Source of the DNA: Escherichia coli
GTDB taxonomy: Bacteria; Pseudomonadota; Gammaproteobacteria; Enterobacterales; Enterobacteriaceae
DNA: 64,000 nucleotides
Direction: 5' to 3' (one strand)
Assembly (NCBI RefSeq): GCF_030013205.1
Contig: NZ_CP122648.1
The notes under the pieces were generated by a model. The model saw nothing but the letters and a program-made list of their open reading frames with translations. It was not told the origin of the DNA and did no database searches. Of this stretch, positions 1 to 14,179 are shown in pieces. Position 1 is the first letter of the stretch; each line of letters starts with the position of its first letter. Both the position numbers and the translations under genes were made by a program.

Positions 1-737
1 CGCTCGCGCCTTTCAAAGCAGAGTTTCCGCGCCCGCAGGCGTTTCCCAACTGGCAAACGCTGGAGCTGCGTAACGTGACGTTTGCTTATCAGGATAACGC
101 GTTTTCCGTTGGGCCGATTAACCTCACCATCAAACGTGGTGAACTGCTGTTTCTGATTGGTGGCAACGGTAGTGGAAAATCGACGCTGGCGATGTTGCTG
201 ACGGGCTTGTATCAGCCACAAAGCGGCGAAATCTTGCTGGATGGCAACCCTGTCAGCGGCGAACAACCGGAAGATTATCGCAAACTGTTTTCGGCAGTGT
301 TTACCGATGTCTGGCTGTTCGATCAACTGCTGGGGCCGGAGGGTCAACCCGCTAACCCGCAACTGATTGAGAAGTGGCTGGCGCAACTGAAAATGGCTCA
401 TAAGCTTGAGTTAAGCAACGGGCGTATTGTTAACCTGAAGTTATCGAAAGGGCAGAAAAAACGCGTCGCGCTGTTGCTGGCGCTGGCAGAAGAACGCGAT
501 ATTATCCTGCTGGATGAATGGGCGGCGGATCAGGACCCACACTTCCGTCGTGAGTTTTATCAGGTGTTGCTGCCGCTGATGCAGGAGATGGGTAAAACTA
601 TTTTCGCCATCAGTCATGATGATCATTACTTTATCCACGCCGACCGCCTGCTGGAAATGCGCAACGGGCAACTTAGCGAGCTGACGGGCGAAGAGCGCGA
701 TGCCGCTTCGCGTGATGCCGTTGCCCGGACGGCATAA
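1..737 (+). CDS. yojI: ABC transporter YojI, C-terminal ATPase portion (5' end outside window)
   Basis: Frame is open from the window edge in the frame of ORF 75..737. Walker [13 protein letters not shown] signature LSKGQKKR, Walker B ILLDE. Position next to mqo as in K-12 (memory). Confidence 0.9.
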   Translation, partial: LAPFKAEFPRPQAFPNWQTLELRNVTFAYQDNAFSVGPINLTIKRGELLFLIGGNGSGKSTLAMLLTGLYQPQSGEILLDGNPVSGEQPEDYRKLFSAVFTDVWLFDQLLGPEGQPANPQLIEKWLAQLKMAHKLELSNGRIVNLKLSKGQKKRVALLLALAEERDIILLDEWAADQDPHFRREFYQVLLPLMQEMGKTIFAISHDDHYFIHADRLLEMRNGQLSELTGEERDAASRDAVARTA

Positions 738-942
738 TATTACGACGCTGACCTGGCGGACTGCTGCCGCCAGGTCAATATGCTAAAAATCCCTTCATTT
801 CTAATAACCCTATAATTAATCAATGAAATTATAATGTTTCTAAAATTAGAATATAATTTATAAACATCATTTAAATGTTGTTACTTAAGTGTTACCGTTG
901 ATGCCGCGCAAATCTCACCTGCAATAAAGCGACTAAAAGTAA

Positions 943-2601
<1,659 letters not shown>

Positions 2602-2605
2602 TGAT

Positions 2606-2733
2606 GTGCCACATCCGGCATGGTATGCCGGATGTGGCGTATGCAGATAAGACGCGCCAGCGTCTTATCAGGCAACCGGCTTGGGCGTTAGATCGGATGC
2701 GGCGTAACCGCCTTATCTGACCTACGGGGTGGA
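2606..2733. repeat. REP/BIME cluster (several palindromic units)
   Basis: Motifs gccggatg / catccggc, cttatcaggc and gatgcggcgtaaccgccttatc, typical of enterobacterial REP elements, lie between convergent mqo and eco. Confidence 0.8.
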
Positions 2734-2748
2734 GCACTTCACGGCAGT

Positions 2749-3237
2749 TTAGCGAACTACCGCGTTGTCAATTTTCTCTTCCGCCTTCCAGATGCGGTAT
2801 TTCACATCCACATTGTCTGGCGTATACACCACGATCGGCAGCTTGCTGTTGTAACGCAGCATTCCGGCATCACCCAAATACGCTGTGACAAATTTCTTCT
2901 CTTTCTTGCCATCCGGGCAGGCCATCATCGTCGAAACCGGGGAACTGACTTTATCAAAGACATAATAATCATAGCCCCAGCCTTCCAGCGTTTTGCTTTC
3001 CAGCTTCCCGCCGAGACGATGCAAATTGCAATCGACTTCCAGCGTCTGACCGATTAACAGTTCTACTTTCAGGGTAGATTCATCTTCTTGCGGGGTTAAC
3101 TGAATCACCTGACGCTTCATGCCTTTTTCAGCTTGCGGATAAGGCGCGATTTTTTCCAGTGGCTGGACGCTCTCTGCCGCCCAGGCGGAGGTGGTGGCGA
3201 AAGCGGCAAACAATACTGCAGGTAGAATGGTCTTCAT
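2749..3237 (-). CDS. eco: ecotin, periplasmic serine protease inhibitor
   Basis: 162 aa ORF with signal peptide [20 protein letters not shown]. Matches remembered Ecotin. Confidence 0.95.
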   Translation of the reverse strand: MKTILPAVLFAAFATTSAWAAESVQPLEKIAPYPQAEKGMKRQVIQLTPQEDESTLKVELLIGQTLEVDCNLHRLGGKLESKTLEGWGYDYYVFDKVSSPVSTMMACPDGKKEKKFVTAYLGDAGMLRYNSKLPIVVYTPDNVDVKYRIWKAEEKIDNAVVR

Positions 3238-3494
3238 TTTTGCTTTCCTTCTTCATTTATAGGTTTTCACCGATGATGTCGCTGAAGGTTAACATATTCA
3301 TCAGATTTATTAATTTGCTTTATGAATAACTTAAAGAACATTCAGATAATTTTACCTGCTCTTTTAGTGTTAAATTCTGATGAGAGAGCAAACCAACAGA
3401 AATATTTCTGGTGAATTAATCGCTATATAAATATGTTTATAACCATTTGAAATGTGAGCAAAAGCCCGTTTTTGCCACGCTTCCCGCCACTCTT

Positions 3495-3508
3495 TTGATC
3501 CTGCTACA
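3495..3508 (+). promoter_or_regulatory. FNR-type site TTGATcctgCTACA upstream of napF
   Basis: Half match to TTGAT-N4-ATCAA. Its centre lies 20 bp upstream of the NarP 7-2-7 centre, as described for the napF control region (FNR -64.5, NarP -44.5). Confidence 0.6.
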
Positions 3509-3513
3509 GGTTT

Positions 3514-3529
3514 TACCCCGATCGGGGTA
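3514..3529 (+). promoter_or_regulatory. NarP/NarL 7-2-7 heptamer pair TACCCCGATCGGGGTA
   Basis: Perfect inverted heptamers separated by 2 bp, fitting the TACYYMT consensus. A taatat -10-like hexamer lies about 25 bp downstream. Confidence 0.75.
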
Positions 3530-3642
3530 TGCATCTTTGACACATCCTTTAATATCTTAGCGGCTATAAAAATGGCTTATTAATTATGCGGTTTATTTGG
3601 TCGCTCTCAATTTTCAGAGCGCGTTAATGATGGAAGGTCAAT

Positions 3643-4137
3643 GTGAAGATTGATGCATCCCGTCGGGGCATACTCACTGGTCGCTGGCGCAAAGCCAGTA
3701 ACGGTATCCGTCCGCCCTGGTCCGGTGATGAATCTCATTTTCTGACCCATTGCACCCGCTGCGACGCCTGTATTAATGCTTGTGAAAACAACATTCTGCA
3801 ACGCGGCGCGGGCGGCTATCCGAGCGTTAACTTCAAAAATAACGAGTGCAGCTTCTGTTACGCCTGCGCGCAGGCTTGCCCCGAATCGCTATTTTCTCCG
3901 CGCCACACCAGGGCCTGGGATTTGCAGTTCACCATTGGGGACGCGTGCCTGGCGTATCAGTCAGTTGAATGCCGCCGCTGTCAGGATAGCTGTGAGCCAA
4001 TGGCAATTATCTTTCGCCCGACGCTCTCCGGGATCTACCAGCCGCAACTTAATAGCCAACTTTGCAACGGATGTGGAGCATGTGCAGCCAGCTGTCCGGT
4101 ATCAGCCATAACTGCGGAGTATCTCCATGCACACTAA
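3643..4137 (+). CDS. napF: ferredoxin-type protein NapF
   Basis: 164 aa with a GTG start and several CxxCxxCxxxC(P) clusters. First gene of the nap operon. Confidence 0.95.
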   Translation: MKIDASRRGILTGRWRKASNGIRPPWSGDESHFLTHCTRCDACINACENNILQRGAGGYPSVNFKNNECSFCYACAQACPESLFSPRHTRAWDLQFTIGDACLAYQSVECRRCQDSCEPMAIIFRPTLSGIYQPQLNSQLCNGCGACAASCPVSAITAEYLHAH

Positions 4138-4390
4138 CTGGCAAGTTTGCAGCCTGGTCGTGCAGGCCAAAAGCGAACGAATTTCAGACATCAGCACCCA
4201 ACTGAACGCCTTTCCCGGCTGTGAAGTTGCTGTCAGCGACGCGCCGAGCGGTCAGTTGATTGTGGTGGTGGAAGCAGAAGACAGCGAAACGCTGATCCAA
4301 ATCATTGAGTCAGTACGCAACGTAGAGGGCGTGCTGGCGGTGTCGCTGGTTTATCACCAGCAGGAAGAGCAAGGTGAGGAAACACCATGA
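4127..4390 (+). CDS. napD: NapA chaperone NapD
   Basis: 87 aa ORF that overlaps the napF end and the napA start. Operon context. Confidence 0.93.
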   Translation: MHTNWQVCSLVVQAKSERISDISTQLNAFPGCEVAVSDAPSGQLIVVVEAEDSETLIQIIESVRNVEGVLAVSLVYHQQEEQGEETP

Positions 4391-6873
4391 AACTCAGTCG
4401 TCGTAGCTTTATGAAAGCTAACGCCGTTGCGGCCGCTGCGGCGGCTGCCGGTCTCAGCGTGCCGGGCGTTGCCCGCGCCGTTGTTGGTCAGCAGGAAGCC
4501 ATTAAATGGGATAAAGCGCCGTGCCGTTTCTGCGGTACTGGTTGCGGCGTTCTGGTCGGAACGCAGCAGGGGCGTGTGGTGGCCTGTCAGGGCGACCCGG
4601 ACGCACCGGTTAACCGTGGTCTGAACTGCATTAAGGGCTATTTCCTGCCCAAAATCATGTACGGTAAAGACCGTTTGACGCAGCCGCTGCTGCGTATGAA
4701 AAACGGTAAATATGACAAAGAAGGCGAATTTACCCCAATCACCTGGGATCAGGCCTTCGATGTGATGGAAGAGAAATTCAAAACCGCCCTGAAAGAAAAA
4801 GGGCCGGAGTCGATCGGTATGTTCGGTTCTGGTCAGTGGACTATCTGGGAAGGTTATGCCGCGTCCAAGCTGTTTAAAGCGGGCTTCCGTTCGAACAACA
4901 TCGACCCGAACGCGCGTCACTGTATGGCGTCGGCAGTAGTTGGCTTTATGCGTACCTTTGGTATGGATGAGCCGATGGGCTGCTATGACGACATCGAGCA
5001 GGCTGACGCGTTTGTGCTGTGGGGCGCTAACATGGCGGAGATGCACCCGATCCTCTGGTCACGCATCACTAACCGTCGTCTCTCTAACCAGAACGTCACC
5101 GTGGCGGTGCTTTCTACCTACCAGCATCGTAGCTTCGAGCTGGCGGATAACGGCATCATCTTTACGCCACAATCTGACCTGGTGATCCTGAACTACATCG
5201 CCAACTATATCATTCAAAACAATGCGATAAATCAGGACTTCTTCAGCAAGCACGTTAACCTGCGCAAAGGGGCGACGGACATCGGCTACGGTTTACGTCC
5301 GACCCATCCGCTGGAAAAAGCAGCGAAGAATCCGGGTTCTGACGCCTCCGAACCGATGAGCTTTGAAGATTACAAAGCCTTCGTTGCCGAGTATACGCTG
5401 GAAAAAACCGCCGAAATGACTGGCGTACCAAAAGATCAGCTGGAACAACTGGCGCAGCTGTATGCCGATCCGAACAAGAAAGTCATCTCCTACTGGACGA
5501 TGGGCTTCAACCAGCATACTCGTGGCGTGTGGGCCAACAACCTGGTCTACAACCTGCACCTGCTGACCGGCAAAATTTCCCAGCCGGGTTGCGGTCCGTT
5601 CTCCCTGACCGGGCAGCCTTCCGCGTGTGGTACTGCGCGTGAAGTGGGCACCTTTGCTCACCGTCTGCCTGCGGACATGGTGGTGACTAACGAGAAACAC
5701 CGTGATATCTGCGAGAAGAAGTGGAATATCCCGAGCGGCACCATTCCGGCGAAAATCGGTCTGCACGCGGTGGCACAAGACCGTGCGCTGAAAGACGGCA
5801 AGCTGAATGTTTACTGGACCATGTGTACCAACAACATGCAGGCCGGGCCGAACATCAATGAAGAGCGTATGCCGGGCTGGCGCGATCCGCGCAACTTCAT
5901 CATCGTCTCCGATCCGTATCCGACAGTCAGTGCGCTGGCAGCGGACTTGATTCTGCCGACCGCAATGTGGGTAGAGAAAGAGGGGGCTTACGGTAACGCC
6001 GAACGCCGTACTCAATTCTGGCGTCAGCAGGTACAGGCACCGGGCGAAGCGAAATCGGATCTCTGGCAGTTAGTCCAGTTCTCCCGCCGCTTCAAAACTG
6101 AAGAAGTATGGCCGGAAGAGCTGCTGGCGAAGAAACCGGAACTGCGTGGCAAAACGCTGTACGAAGTTCTGTATGCCACCCCGGAAGTGAGCAAATTCCC
6201 GGTATCAGAACTGGCGGAAGATCAGCTGAACGATGAATCCCGCGAGCTGGGCTTCTATCTGCAAAAAGGGCTGTTCGAAGAGTACGCATGGTTTGGTCGT
6301 GGTCACGGTCACGATCTGGCACCGTTCGATGATTACCACAAAGCACGCGGTCTGCGCTGGCCGGTAGTGAACGGTAAAGAAACGCAGTGGCGTTACAGCG
6401 AAGGTAACGACCCATACGTGAAAGCGGGCGAAGGCTACAAGTTCTACGGTAAACCGGATGGCAAAGCGGTGATCTTCGCGCTGCCGTTCGAACCGGCGGC
6501 GGAGGCACCGGATGAAGAGTACGACCTGTGGCTCTCTACCGGACGCGTCCTGGAGCACTGGCATACCGGCAGTATGACTCGCCGTGTACCGGAACTGCAC
6601 CGTGCCTTCCCGGAAGCGGTCCTGTTTATTCACCCGTTGGATGCGAAAGCGCGCGATCTGCGCCGTGGCGACAAAGTGAAAGTGGTTTCTCGCCGTGGCG
6701 AAGTGATCTCGATTGTCGAAACGCGCGGTCGTAACCGTCCGCCGCAGGGCCTGGTGTACATGCCGTTCTTCGACGCCGCACAGCTGGTTAACAAACTGAC
6801 GCTGGATGCGACCGATCCGCTCTCGAAAGAGACGGACTTCAAGAAGTGCGCGGTCAAACTGGAGAAGGTGTAA
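4387..6873 (+). CDS. napA: periplasmic nitrate reductase catalytic subunit NapA
   Basis: 828 aa with twin-arginine signal SRRSFMK and 4Fe-4S motif CRFCGTGC. Molybdopterin oxidoreductase length. Confidence 0.97.
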   Translation: MKLSRRSFMKANAVAAAAAAAGLSVPGVARAVVGQQEAIKWDKAPCRFCGTGCGVLVGTQQGRVVACQGDPDAPVNRGLNCIKGYFLPKIMYGKDRLTQPLLRMKNGKYDKEGEFTPITWDQAFDVMEEKFKTALKEKGPESIGMFGSGQWTIWEGYAASKLFKAGFRSNNIDPNARHCMASAVVGFMRTFGMDEPMGCYDDIEQADAFVLWGANMAEMHPILWSRITNRRLSNQNVTVAVLSTYQHRSFELADNGIIFTPQSDLVILNYIANYIIQNNAINQDFFSKHVNLRKGATDIGYGLRPTHPLEKAAKNPGSDASEPMSFEDYKAFVAEYTLEKTAEMTGVPKDQLEQLAQLYADPNKKVISYWTMGFNQHTRGVWANNLVYNLHLLTGKISQPGCGPFSLTGQPSACGTAREVGTFAHRLPADMVVTNEKHRDICEKKWNIPSGTIPAKIGLHAVAQDRALKDGKLNVYWTMCTNNMQAGPNINEERMPGWRDPRNFIIVSDPYPTVSALAADLILPTAMWVEKEGAYGNAERRTQFWRQQVQAPGEAKSDLWQLVQFSRRFKTEEVWPEELLAKKPELRGKTLYEVLYATPEVSKFPVSELAEDQLNDESRELGFYLQKGLFEEYAWFGRGHGHDLAPFDDYHKARGLRWPVVNGKETQWRYSEGNDPYVKAGEGYKFYGKPDGKAVIFALPFEPAAEAPDEEYDLWLSTGRVLEHWHTGSMTRRVPELHRAFPEAVLFIHPLDAKARDLRRGDKVKVVSRRGEVISIVETRGRNRPPQGLVYMPFFDAAQLVNKLTLDATDPLSKETDFKKCAVKLEKV

Positions 6874-6879
6874 GCCATT

Positions 6880-7575
6880 ATGTCCCGGTCAGCGAAACCT
6901 CAAAATGGTCGCCGCCGCTTTCTGCGCGATGTCGTTCGCACAGCTGGCGGGCTGGCTGCCGTGGGTGTGGCGCTGGGGTTACAACAGCAAACCGCACGCG
7001 CATCTGGCGTGCGGTTGCGCCCGCCCGGAGCCATAAACGAGAACGCCTTTGCCAGTGCCTGTGTGCGTTGCGGTCAGTGTGTTCAGGCTTGCCCTTACGA
7101 CACCTTAAAACTGGCGACGCTGGCCTCTGGTCTGTCGGCGGGCACGCCATATTTTGTCGCACGGGATATTCCTTGCGAAATGTGTGAGGACATTCCGTGC
7201 GCCAAAGTGTGCCCAAGCGGTGCGCTGGATCGTGAGATTGAATCGATCGACGACGCGCGGATGGGGCTGGCGGTGCTGGTGGACCAGGAAAACTGTCTCA
7301 ACTTTCAGGGGCTGCGCTGTGATGTTTGTTATCGCGAATGCCCGAAAATTGATGAGGCCATCACCCTGGAGCTGGAGCGCAACACGCGTACCGGTAAGCA
7401 CGCCCGCTTTCTGCCGACGGTTCACAGCGACGCCTGTACCGGTTGCGGTAAGTGCGAAAAAGTGTGCGTGCTGGAACAACCGGCAATCAAGGTGTTACCG
7501 CTGTCACTGGCGAAAGGGGAGTTAGGTCACCATTACCGCTTCGGCTGGCTGGAGGGGAACAATGGCAAATCGTAA
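6880..7575 (+). CDS. napG: ferredoxin-type protein NapG
   Basis: 231 aa with a Tat-like RRRFLRD signal and four Cys clusters. Confidence 0.95.
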
Positions 7576-8425
7576 ACGTGACGCCGGGCGCGAGGCGCTG
7601 GAGAAAAAAGGCTGGTGGTGCAGTCACCGTTGGCTGGTATTGCGTCGCCTTTGTCAGTTCTTCGTGCTGGGGATGTTTTTGAGCGGCCCGTGGTTTGGTG
7701 TGTGGATCTTGCACGGCAACTACAGCAGTAGCCTGTTATTCGACACCGTTCCACTGACCGATCCGCTGATGACGCTGCAAAGTCTTGCCAGCGGTCATCT
7801 GCCTGCCACGGTGGCGTTGACCGGTGCGGTGATTATCACCGTGCTCTACGCCCTGGCAGGAAAGCGATTATTTTGCAGCTGGGTCTGCCCGCTGAACCCG
7901 ATTACCGACTTAGCGAACTGGTTACGCAGGCGCTTTGACCTCAATCAGTCTGCGACGATCCCTCGCCACATTCGCTACGTGCTGTTGGTGGTCATTCTGC
8001 TGGGATCGGCCTTAACCGGCACACTCATCTGGGAATGGATCAACCCCGTTTCCCTGATGGGGCGCAGTCTGGTAATGGGATTCGGCAGCGGCGCGCTGCT
8101 TATTCTCGCGCTGTTTTTATTTGATTTACTGGTCGTTGAACACGGCTGGTGCGGGCACATTTGTCCGGTTGGCGCGCTGTATGGCGTGCTGGGTAGCAAA
8201 GGTGTCATTACCGTTGCGGCCACCGATCGGCAGAAATGTAACCGCTGTATGGATTGTTTTCATGTTTGCCCGGAACCGCATGTGCTACGTGCCCCGGTGC
8301 TGGATGAACAAAGCCCGGTGCAGGTCACCAGCCGCGATTGCATGACGTGCGGTCGCTGCGTGGATGTCTGTTCTGAGGATGTATTTACAATAACTACACG
8401 ATGGAGTTCGGGAGCGAAATCATGA
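7562..8425 (+). CDS. napH: membrane ferredoxin-type protein NapH
   Basis: 287 aa with hydrophobic segments and C-terminal CxxCxxCxxxCP motifs. Confidence 0.95.
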
Positions 8426-8871
8426 AAAGCCATGACCTGAAGAAAGCGCTGTGTCAATGGACGGCGATGCTGGCCCTGGTGGTGAGCGGCGCGGTTTGGG
8501 CGGCTAATGGCGTCGATTTTAGCCAGTCGCCGGAAGTATCCGGGACGCAGGAAGGGGCCATTCGGATGCCAAAAGAGCAGGATCGGATGCCGCTGAACTA
8601 TGTGAATCAGCCGCCAATGATCCCGCATAGCGTTGAAGGTTATCAGGTAACGACCAATACCAACCGCTGCTTGCAGTGCCACGGTGTCGAAAGCTATCGC
8701 ACCACTGGCGCGCCGCGCATCAGTCCTACTCACTTTATGGACAGCGACGGCAAAGTGGGCGCGGAAGTGGCTCCACGTCGTTACTTCTGTCTGCAATGTC
8801 ACGTGCCGCAGGCTGATACCGCGCCAATCGTGGGGAATACCTTTACCCCGTCAAAAGGTTACGGGAAATAA
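8422..8871 (+). CDS. napB: diheme cytochrome c NapB
   Basis: Start taken at MKSHDLKK (ATGA overlap with the napH stop), giving 149 aa. Two CxxCH motifs (CLQCH twice). Confidence 0.93.
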   Translation: MKSHDLKKALCQWTAMLALVVSGAVWAANGVDFSQSPEVSGTQEGAIRMPKEQDRMPLNYVNQPPMIPHSVEGYQVTTNTNRCLQCHGVESYRTTGAPRISPTHFMDSDGKVGAEVAPRRYFCLQCHVPQADTAPIVGNTFTPSKGYGK

Positions 8872-8880
8872 GAGGTTATT

Positions 8881-9483
8881 ATGGGAAATTCTGACCGTAA
8901 GCCTGGTCTGATTAAGCGCCTGTGGAAATGGTGGCGTACCCCCAGCCGTCTGGCGCTGGGGACGCTGCTGTTGATCGGCTTTGTTGGCGGCATCGTCTTC
9001 TGGGGCGGCTTTAACACCGGGATGGAAAAAGCCAATACCGAAGAGTTCTGCATTAGCTGCCACGAAATGCGTAACACGGTGTATCAGGAATACATGGATT
9101 CCGTGCACTACAACAACCGTAGCGGCGTCCGTGCGACCTGTCCGGATTGTCACGTTCCGCACGAGTTTGTGCCGAAGATGATACGCAAGCTCAAAGCAAG
9201 TAAAGAGCTGTATGGTAAAATTTTTGGCGTTATTGACACGCCGCAGAAATTTGAAGCTCATCGCCTGACGATGGCACAGAATGAGTGGCGGCGCATGAAG
9301 GACAATAACTCGCAGGAGTGCCGTAACTGTCACAACTTCGAGTATATGGATACAACCGCCCAGAAATCGGTTGCCGCGAAGATGCATGACCAGGCGGTGA
9401 AAGATGGGCAAACCTGTATTGATTGCCATAAAGGGATAGCGCACAAGCTGCCCGATATGCGTGAAGTCGAGCCAGGTTTTTAA
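8881..9483 (+). CDS. napC: tetraheme cytochrome c NapC (NapC/NirT family)
   Basis: 200 aa with an N-terminal TM helix and four CxxCH motifs (CISCH, CPDCH, CRNCH, CIDCH). Confidence 0.95.
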   Translation: MGNSDRKPGLIKRLWKWWRTPSRLALGTLLLIGFVGGIVFWGGFNTGMEKANTEEFCISCHEMRNTVYQEYMDSVHYNNRSGVRATCPDCHVPHEFVPKMIRKLKASKELYGKIFGVIDTPQKFEAHRLTMAQNEWRRMKDNNSQECRNCHNFEYMDTTAQKSVAAKMHDQAVKDGQTCIDCHKGIAHKLPDMREVEPGF

Positions 9484-9495
9484 CAGGGTTATTGC

Positions 9496-10119
9496 GTGGG
9501 TATGCTTGAAGCCAGAGAGTTACTTTGCGAGCGGGATGAACGAACCTTATTTAGTGGCTTGTCATTTACGCTGAACGCAGGAGAGTGGGTACAAATCACC
9601 GGTAGCAACGGCGCGGGGAAGACAACGCTTCTCCGTTTGCTGACGGGGTTGTCTCGCCCTGACGCAGGCGAGGTTCTCTGGCAAGGGCAGCCCTTGCATC
9701 AGGTACGCGACAGCTACCATCAAAACCTGTTATGGATAGGCCATCAGCCGGGGATCAAAACCCGGCTGACGGCGTTAGAAAATCTGCACTTTTATCATCG
9801 CGATGGCGATACCGCACAATGTCTGGAAGCCCTGGCGCAGGCCGGGCTTGCCGGATTCGAAGATATTCCGGTAAATCAACTTTCTGCCGGGCAACAACGC
9901 CGCGTCGCTTTAGCGCGTCTGTGGTTGACCCGTGCCACGTTATGGATCCTCGACGAGCCTTTTACCGCGATTGACGTTAACGGCGTCGATCGTCTGACCC
10001 AGCGTATGGCGCAGCATACGGAGCAGGGGGGGATTGTGATTCTGACTACCCACCAGCCGCTCAACGTTGCTGAAAGTAAAATTCGCCGCATTTCACTGAC
10101 GCAAACGAGGGCCGCATGA
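9496..10119 (+). CDS. ccmA: heme exporter ATP-binding protein CcmA
   Basis: 207 aa with Walker [10 protein letters not shown], signature LSAGQQRR and Walker B ILDEP. Confidence 0.95.
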   Translation: MGMLEARELLCERDERTLFSGLSFTLNAGEWVQITGSNGAGKTTLLRLLTGLSRPDAGEVLWQGQPLHQVRDSYHQNLLWIGHQPGIKTRLTALENLHFYHRDGDTAQCLEALAQAGLAGFEDIPVNQLSAGQQRRVALARLWLTRATLWILDEPFTAIDVNGVDRLTQRMAQHTEQGGIVILTTHQPLNVAESKIRRISLTQTRAA

Positions 10120-10778
10120 TGTTCTGGCGCATTTTCCGTCTTGAGCTGCGCGTAGCGTTTCGCCATAGCGCCGAAATCGCCAACCCGCTGTGGTTCTTCC
10201 TGATTGTCATTACCCTTTTTCCGCTCAGTATCGGTCCGGAGCCGCAACTGCTGGCGCGTATTGCACCGGGCATTATCTGGGTTGCTGCGCTGCTTTCATC
10301 CTTGCTGGCGCTGGAACGATTGTTCCGTGACGATTTGCAGGACGGCAGTCTTGAACAATTGATGTTGTTGCCGTTACCCTTGCCCGCCGTTGTGCTGGCG
10401 AAGGTGATGGCGCACTGGATGGTAACCGGTCTGCCGTTACTCATCCTTTCGCCACTGGTAGCAATGCTACTGGGAATGGATGTTTATGGCTGGCAAGTGA
10501 TGGCGCTGACGCTGCTGCTGGGAACGCCTACGCTTGGCTTTCTCGGTGCACCGGGCGTGGCGCTGACGGTGGGACTTAAGCGCGGTGGTGTGCTGCTCAG
10601 CATACTGGTGTTACCGCTGACTATCCCATTACTCATCTTTGCCACCGTCGCGATGGACGCGGCTTCCATGCATTTGCCCGTTGACGGGTATCTGGCAATT
10701 TTAGGCGCGTTGCTGGCAGGCACCGCGACATTAAGTCCTTTTGCGACGGCGGCAGCGTTACGAATCAGCATTCAATAA
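10116..10778 (+). CDS. ccmB: heme exporter membrane protein CcmB
   Basis: 220 aa polytopic membrane protein. ATGA overlap with ccmA. Confidence 0.95.
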   Translation: MMFWRIFRLELRVAFRHSAEIANPLWFFLIVITLFPLSIGPEPQLLARIAPGIIWVAALLSSLLALERLFRDDLQDGSLEQLMLLPLPLPAVVLAKVMAHWMVTGLPLLILSPLVAMLLGMDVYGWQVMALTLLLGTPTLGFLGAPGVALTVGLKRGGVLLSILVLPLTIPLLIFATVAMDAASMHLPVDGYLAILGALLAGTATLSPFATAAALRISIQ

Positions 10779-10819
10779 CGCTGGATTACTGATTTTTGTT
10801 CGAGTCTGGTATCGAAACT

Positions 10820-11557
10820 ATGTGGAAAACACTGCATCAACTGGCGATCCCACCACGGCTGTATCAAATCTGTGGCTGGTTTATACCGTGGCTGGCAATT
10901 GCCAGTGTGGTCGTGCTTACCGTTGGCTGGATCTGGGGATTCGGCTTTGCTCCGGCTGATTATCAGCAGGGAAATAGCTACCGCATTATCTACCTGCATG
11001 TGCCTGCGGCGATCTGGTCGATGGGCATTTATGCATCAATGGCGGTGGCGGCGTTTATTGGCCTTGTCTGGCAGATGAAAATGGCCAACCTGGCGGTGGC
11101 GGCGATGGCCCCCATTGGTGCCGTGTTTACCTTTATTGCCCTGGTTACCGGCTCTGCATGGGGAAAACCGATGTGGGGCACCTGGTGGGTATGGGACGCA
11201 CGCCTGACTTCTGAACTGGTGCTGCTGTTTTTGTATGTGGGTGTGATTGCCCTGTGGCACGCCTTCGACGACCGCCGTCTGGCGGGCCGTGCGGCAGGTA
11301 TCCTGGTGCTGATTGGCGTGGTGAATCTGCCGATTATTCATTACTCCGTGGAGTGGTGGAACACCCTGCATCAGGGATCAACGCGGATGCAGCAAAGTAT
11401 CGATCCGGCGATGCGTTCGCCGCTGCGCTGGTCGATTTTTGGCTTCCTGCTGCTGTCTGCCACGCTGACGCTGATGCGGATGCGTAATTTAATTTTGCTG
11501 ATGGAAAAACGCCGTCCGTGGGTGAGTGAACTGATACTGAAAAGAGGCCGTAAATGA
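10820..11557 (+). CDS. ccmC: heme exporter protein CcmC
   Basis: Start taken at MWKTLHQL (245 aa, as remembered for K-12) rather than at the upstream ORF start 10796. WGxxWxWD tryptophan-rich motif WGTWWVWDARL. Confidence 0.92.
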   Translation: MWKTLHQLAIPPRLYQICGWFIPWLAIASVVVLTVGWIWGFGFAPADYQQGNSYRIIYLHVPAAIWSMGIYASMAVAAFIGLVWQMKMANLAVAAMAPIGAVFTFIALVTGSAWGKPMWGTWWVWDARLTSELVLLFLYVGVIALWHAFDDRRLAGRAAGILVLIGVVNLPIIHYSVEWWNTLHQGSTRMQQSIDPAMRSPLRWSIFGFLLLSATLTLMRMRNLILLMEKRRPWVSELILKRGRK

Positions 11558-11763
11558 CCCCTGCATTTGCTTCCTGGAATGAATTTTTCGCAATGGGCGG
11601 TTACGCCTTTTTTGTCTGGCTGGCGGTGGTGATGACCGTCATTCCGCTGGTGGTTTTGGTCGTGCACTCGGTGATGCAGCATCGCGCAATTCTGCGTGGC
11701 GTGGCGCAACAGCGGGCGCGTGAGGCGCGTTTACGTGCTGCGCAACAGCAGGAGGCTGCATGA
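11554..11763 (+). CDS. ccmD: heme exporter protein CcmD
   Basis: 69 aa with a single TM segment. Overlapping stop/start on both sides. Confidence 0.9.
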
Positions 11764-12239
11764 ATATTCGCCGTAAAAACCGCTTGTGGATTGCCTGTGC
11801 CGTGTTGGCGGGGCTGGCGCTGACTATCGGTCTGGTGCTGTATGCGCTGCGCTCGAATATCGATCTCTTTTATACGCCGGGGGAAATTCTCTACGGCAAG
11901 CGTGAAACTCAGCAAATGCCGGAAGTCGGTCAGCGTCTGCGCGTTGGCGGGATGGTGATGCCGGGGAGTGTGCAGCGCGATCCCAATTCGCTAAAAGTAA
12001 CTTTCACCATTTACGACGCTGAAGGTTCAGTAGATGTCTCTTACGAAGGCATTTTGCCGGATCTGTTCCGTGAAGGGCAGGGCGTTGTAGTGCAGGGCGA
12101 GCTGGAAAAAGGCAATCATATCCTCGCGAAAGAAGTGCTGGCGAAACATGATGAAAACTATACGCCGCCAGAAGTTGAGAAAGCGATGGAAGCTAACCAC
12201 CGTCGCCCGGCGAGTGTTTATAAGGACCCAGCATCATGA
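11760..12239 (+). CDS. ccmE: heme chaperone CcmE
   Basis: 159 aa with an N-terminal anchor. The [13 protein letters not shown] region contains the heme-binding His. Confidence 0.95.
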
Positions 12240-14179
12240 TGCCGGAAATTGGTAACGGGCTGCTGTGCCTGGCGCTGGGAATTGCGCTGCTGCTGTCCGT
12301 GTATCCGCTATGGGGCGTGGCGCGCGGAGATGCGCGCATGATGGCGTCTTCCCGCTTGTTTGCCTGGCTGCTGTTTATGTCTGTGGCTGGCGCATTTCTG
12401 GTGCTGGTCAATGCTTTCGTGGTCAACGACTTCACCGTCACCTATGTTGCCAGCAACTCCAATACCCAGCTTCCGGTGTGGTATCGCGTGGCGGCTACCT
12501 GGGGCGCGCATGAAGGCTCGCTCCTGCTGTGGGTGCTGCTGATGAGCGGCTGGACCTTTGCGGTAGCGATTTTTAGTCAGCGTATTCCGCTGGATATTGT
12601 GGCCCGCGTACTGGCGATAATGGGGATGGTCAGTGTCGGCTTTTTGCTGTTCATTCTCTTTACCTCTAACCCGTTCTCACGCACGCTGCCGAATTTCCCG
12701 ATTGAAGGGCGCGATCTTAACCCGCTGTTGCAGGATCCGGGGCTGATCTTCCATCCGCCTCTGCTCTATATGGGGTACGTCGGTTTCTCGGTGGCGTTTG
12801 CTTTCGCCATTGCTTCTTTGTTGAGTGGGCGTCTGGACAGCACCTATGCGCGTTTTACCCGCCCGTGGACGCTGGCGGCGTGGAACTTCCTGACGCTCGG
12901 CATTGTGCTCGGTTCCGCATGGGCCTATTACGAACTCGGCTGGGGCGGCTGGTGGTTCTGGGATCCGGTAGAAAACGCCTCGTTTATGCCGTGGTTGGTG
13001 GGGACTGCGCTGATGCACTCACTGGCGGTCACTGAACAACGCGCCAGCTTCAAAGCGTGGACATTACTGCTGGCAATCAGTGCCTTCTCGTTGTGTCTGC
13101 TGGGGACTTTCCTGGTGCGTTCCGGCGTGCTGGTATCGGTACACGCGTTTGCCTCTGATCCGGCGCGCGGCATGTTTATCCTCGCCTTTATGGTGCTGGT
13201 GATTGGCGGTTCGCTGCTGCTGTTTGCCGCGCGTGGACACAAAGTTCGCTCACGCGTAAACAATGCGCTGTGGTCGCGAGAATCTCTGCTGTTAGCGAAC
13301 AACGTTTTGCTGGTCGCCGCGATGCTGGTGGTGTTGCTGGGGACGCTGCTGCCGCTGGTGCACAAGCAACTGGGACTGGGCAGTATTTCGATTGGCGAAC
13401 CGTTCTTCAACACTATGTTTACCTGGCTGATGGTGCCGTTTGCGCTACTGCTGGGTGTCGGTCCTCTGGTGCGCTGGGGGCGCGATCGCCCACGTAAAAT
13501 CCGCAATTTATTGATTATCGCCTTCATCTCAACGCTGGTGCTGTCGCTGCTGTTGCCGTGGCTGTTCGAAAGCAAAGTTGTGGCGATGACGGTGCTCGGC
13601 CTGGCAATGGCCTGCTGGATTGCGGTACTGGCAATTGCGGAAGCTGCGCTGCGTATTTCACGCGGCACGAAAACCACCTTCAGTTATTGGGGAATGGTGG
13701 CGGCTCACCTGGGGCTGGCAGTGACAATTGTTGGTATTGCCTTTAGCCAGAACTATAGCGTTGAGCGTGATGTGCGCATGAAGTCCGGCGATAGTGTCGA
13801 TATTCATGAATATCGCTTCACCTTCCGTGATGTCAAAGAGGTGACTGGCCCGAACTGGCGTGGCGGTGTGGCGACTATCGGCGTAACGCGCGATGGCAAG
13901 CCGGAAACGGTGCTGTATGCGGAAAAACGTTATTACAACACTGCCGGGTCGATGATGACCGAAGCGGCGATTGACGGTGGCATCACGCGTGACCTGTACG
14001 CCGCGCTCGGTGAAGAGCTGGAAAACGGCGCGTGGGCCGTGCGTCTTTACTACAAACCATTTGTTCGCTGGATTTGGGCGGGCGGGCTGATGATGGCGTT
14101 GGGCGGACTGCTGTGTCTGTTTGATCCTCGCTATCGTAAGCGCGTGAGCCCGCAAAAAACTGCGCCGGAGGCTGTATGA
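12236..14179 (+). CDS. ccmF: cytochrome c heme lyase subunit CcmF
   Basis: 647 aa polytopic protein with [12 protein letters not shown] motif. Confidence 0.95.

Noticed and set aside
4354-6015. 230 aa and 240 aa minus-strand ORFs inside napA
   Set aside because: Fully antisense to the well-supported napA frame. Arg/His-rich shadow ORFs typical of GC-rich codon bias.
8260-9444. 180 aa and 197 aa minus-strand ORFs over napH, napB and napC
   Set aside because: Antisense shadows of heme- and Fe-S-motif-bearing genes. No start signals.
12928-13677. 249 aa minus-strand ORF inside ccmF
   Set aside because: Antisense to ccmF. Ser/Thr/Arg-rich and non-protein-like.
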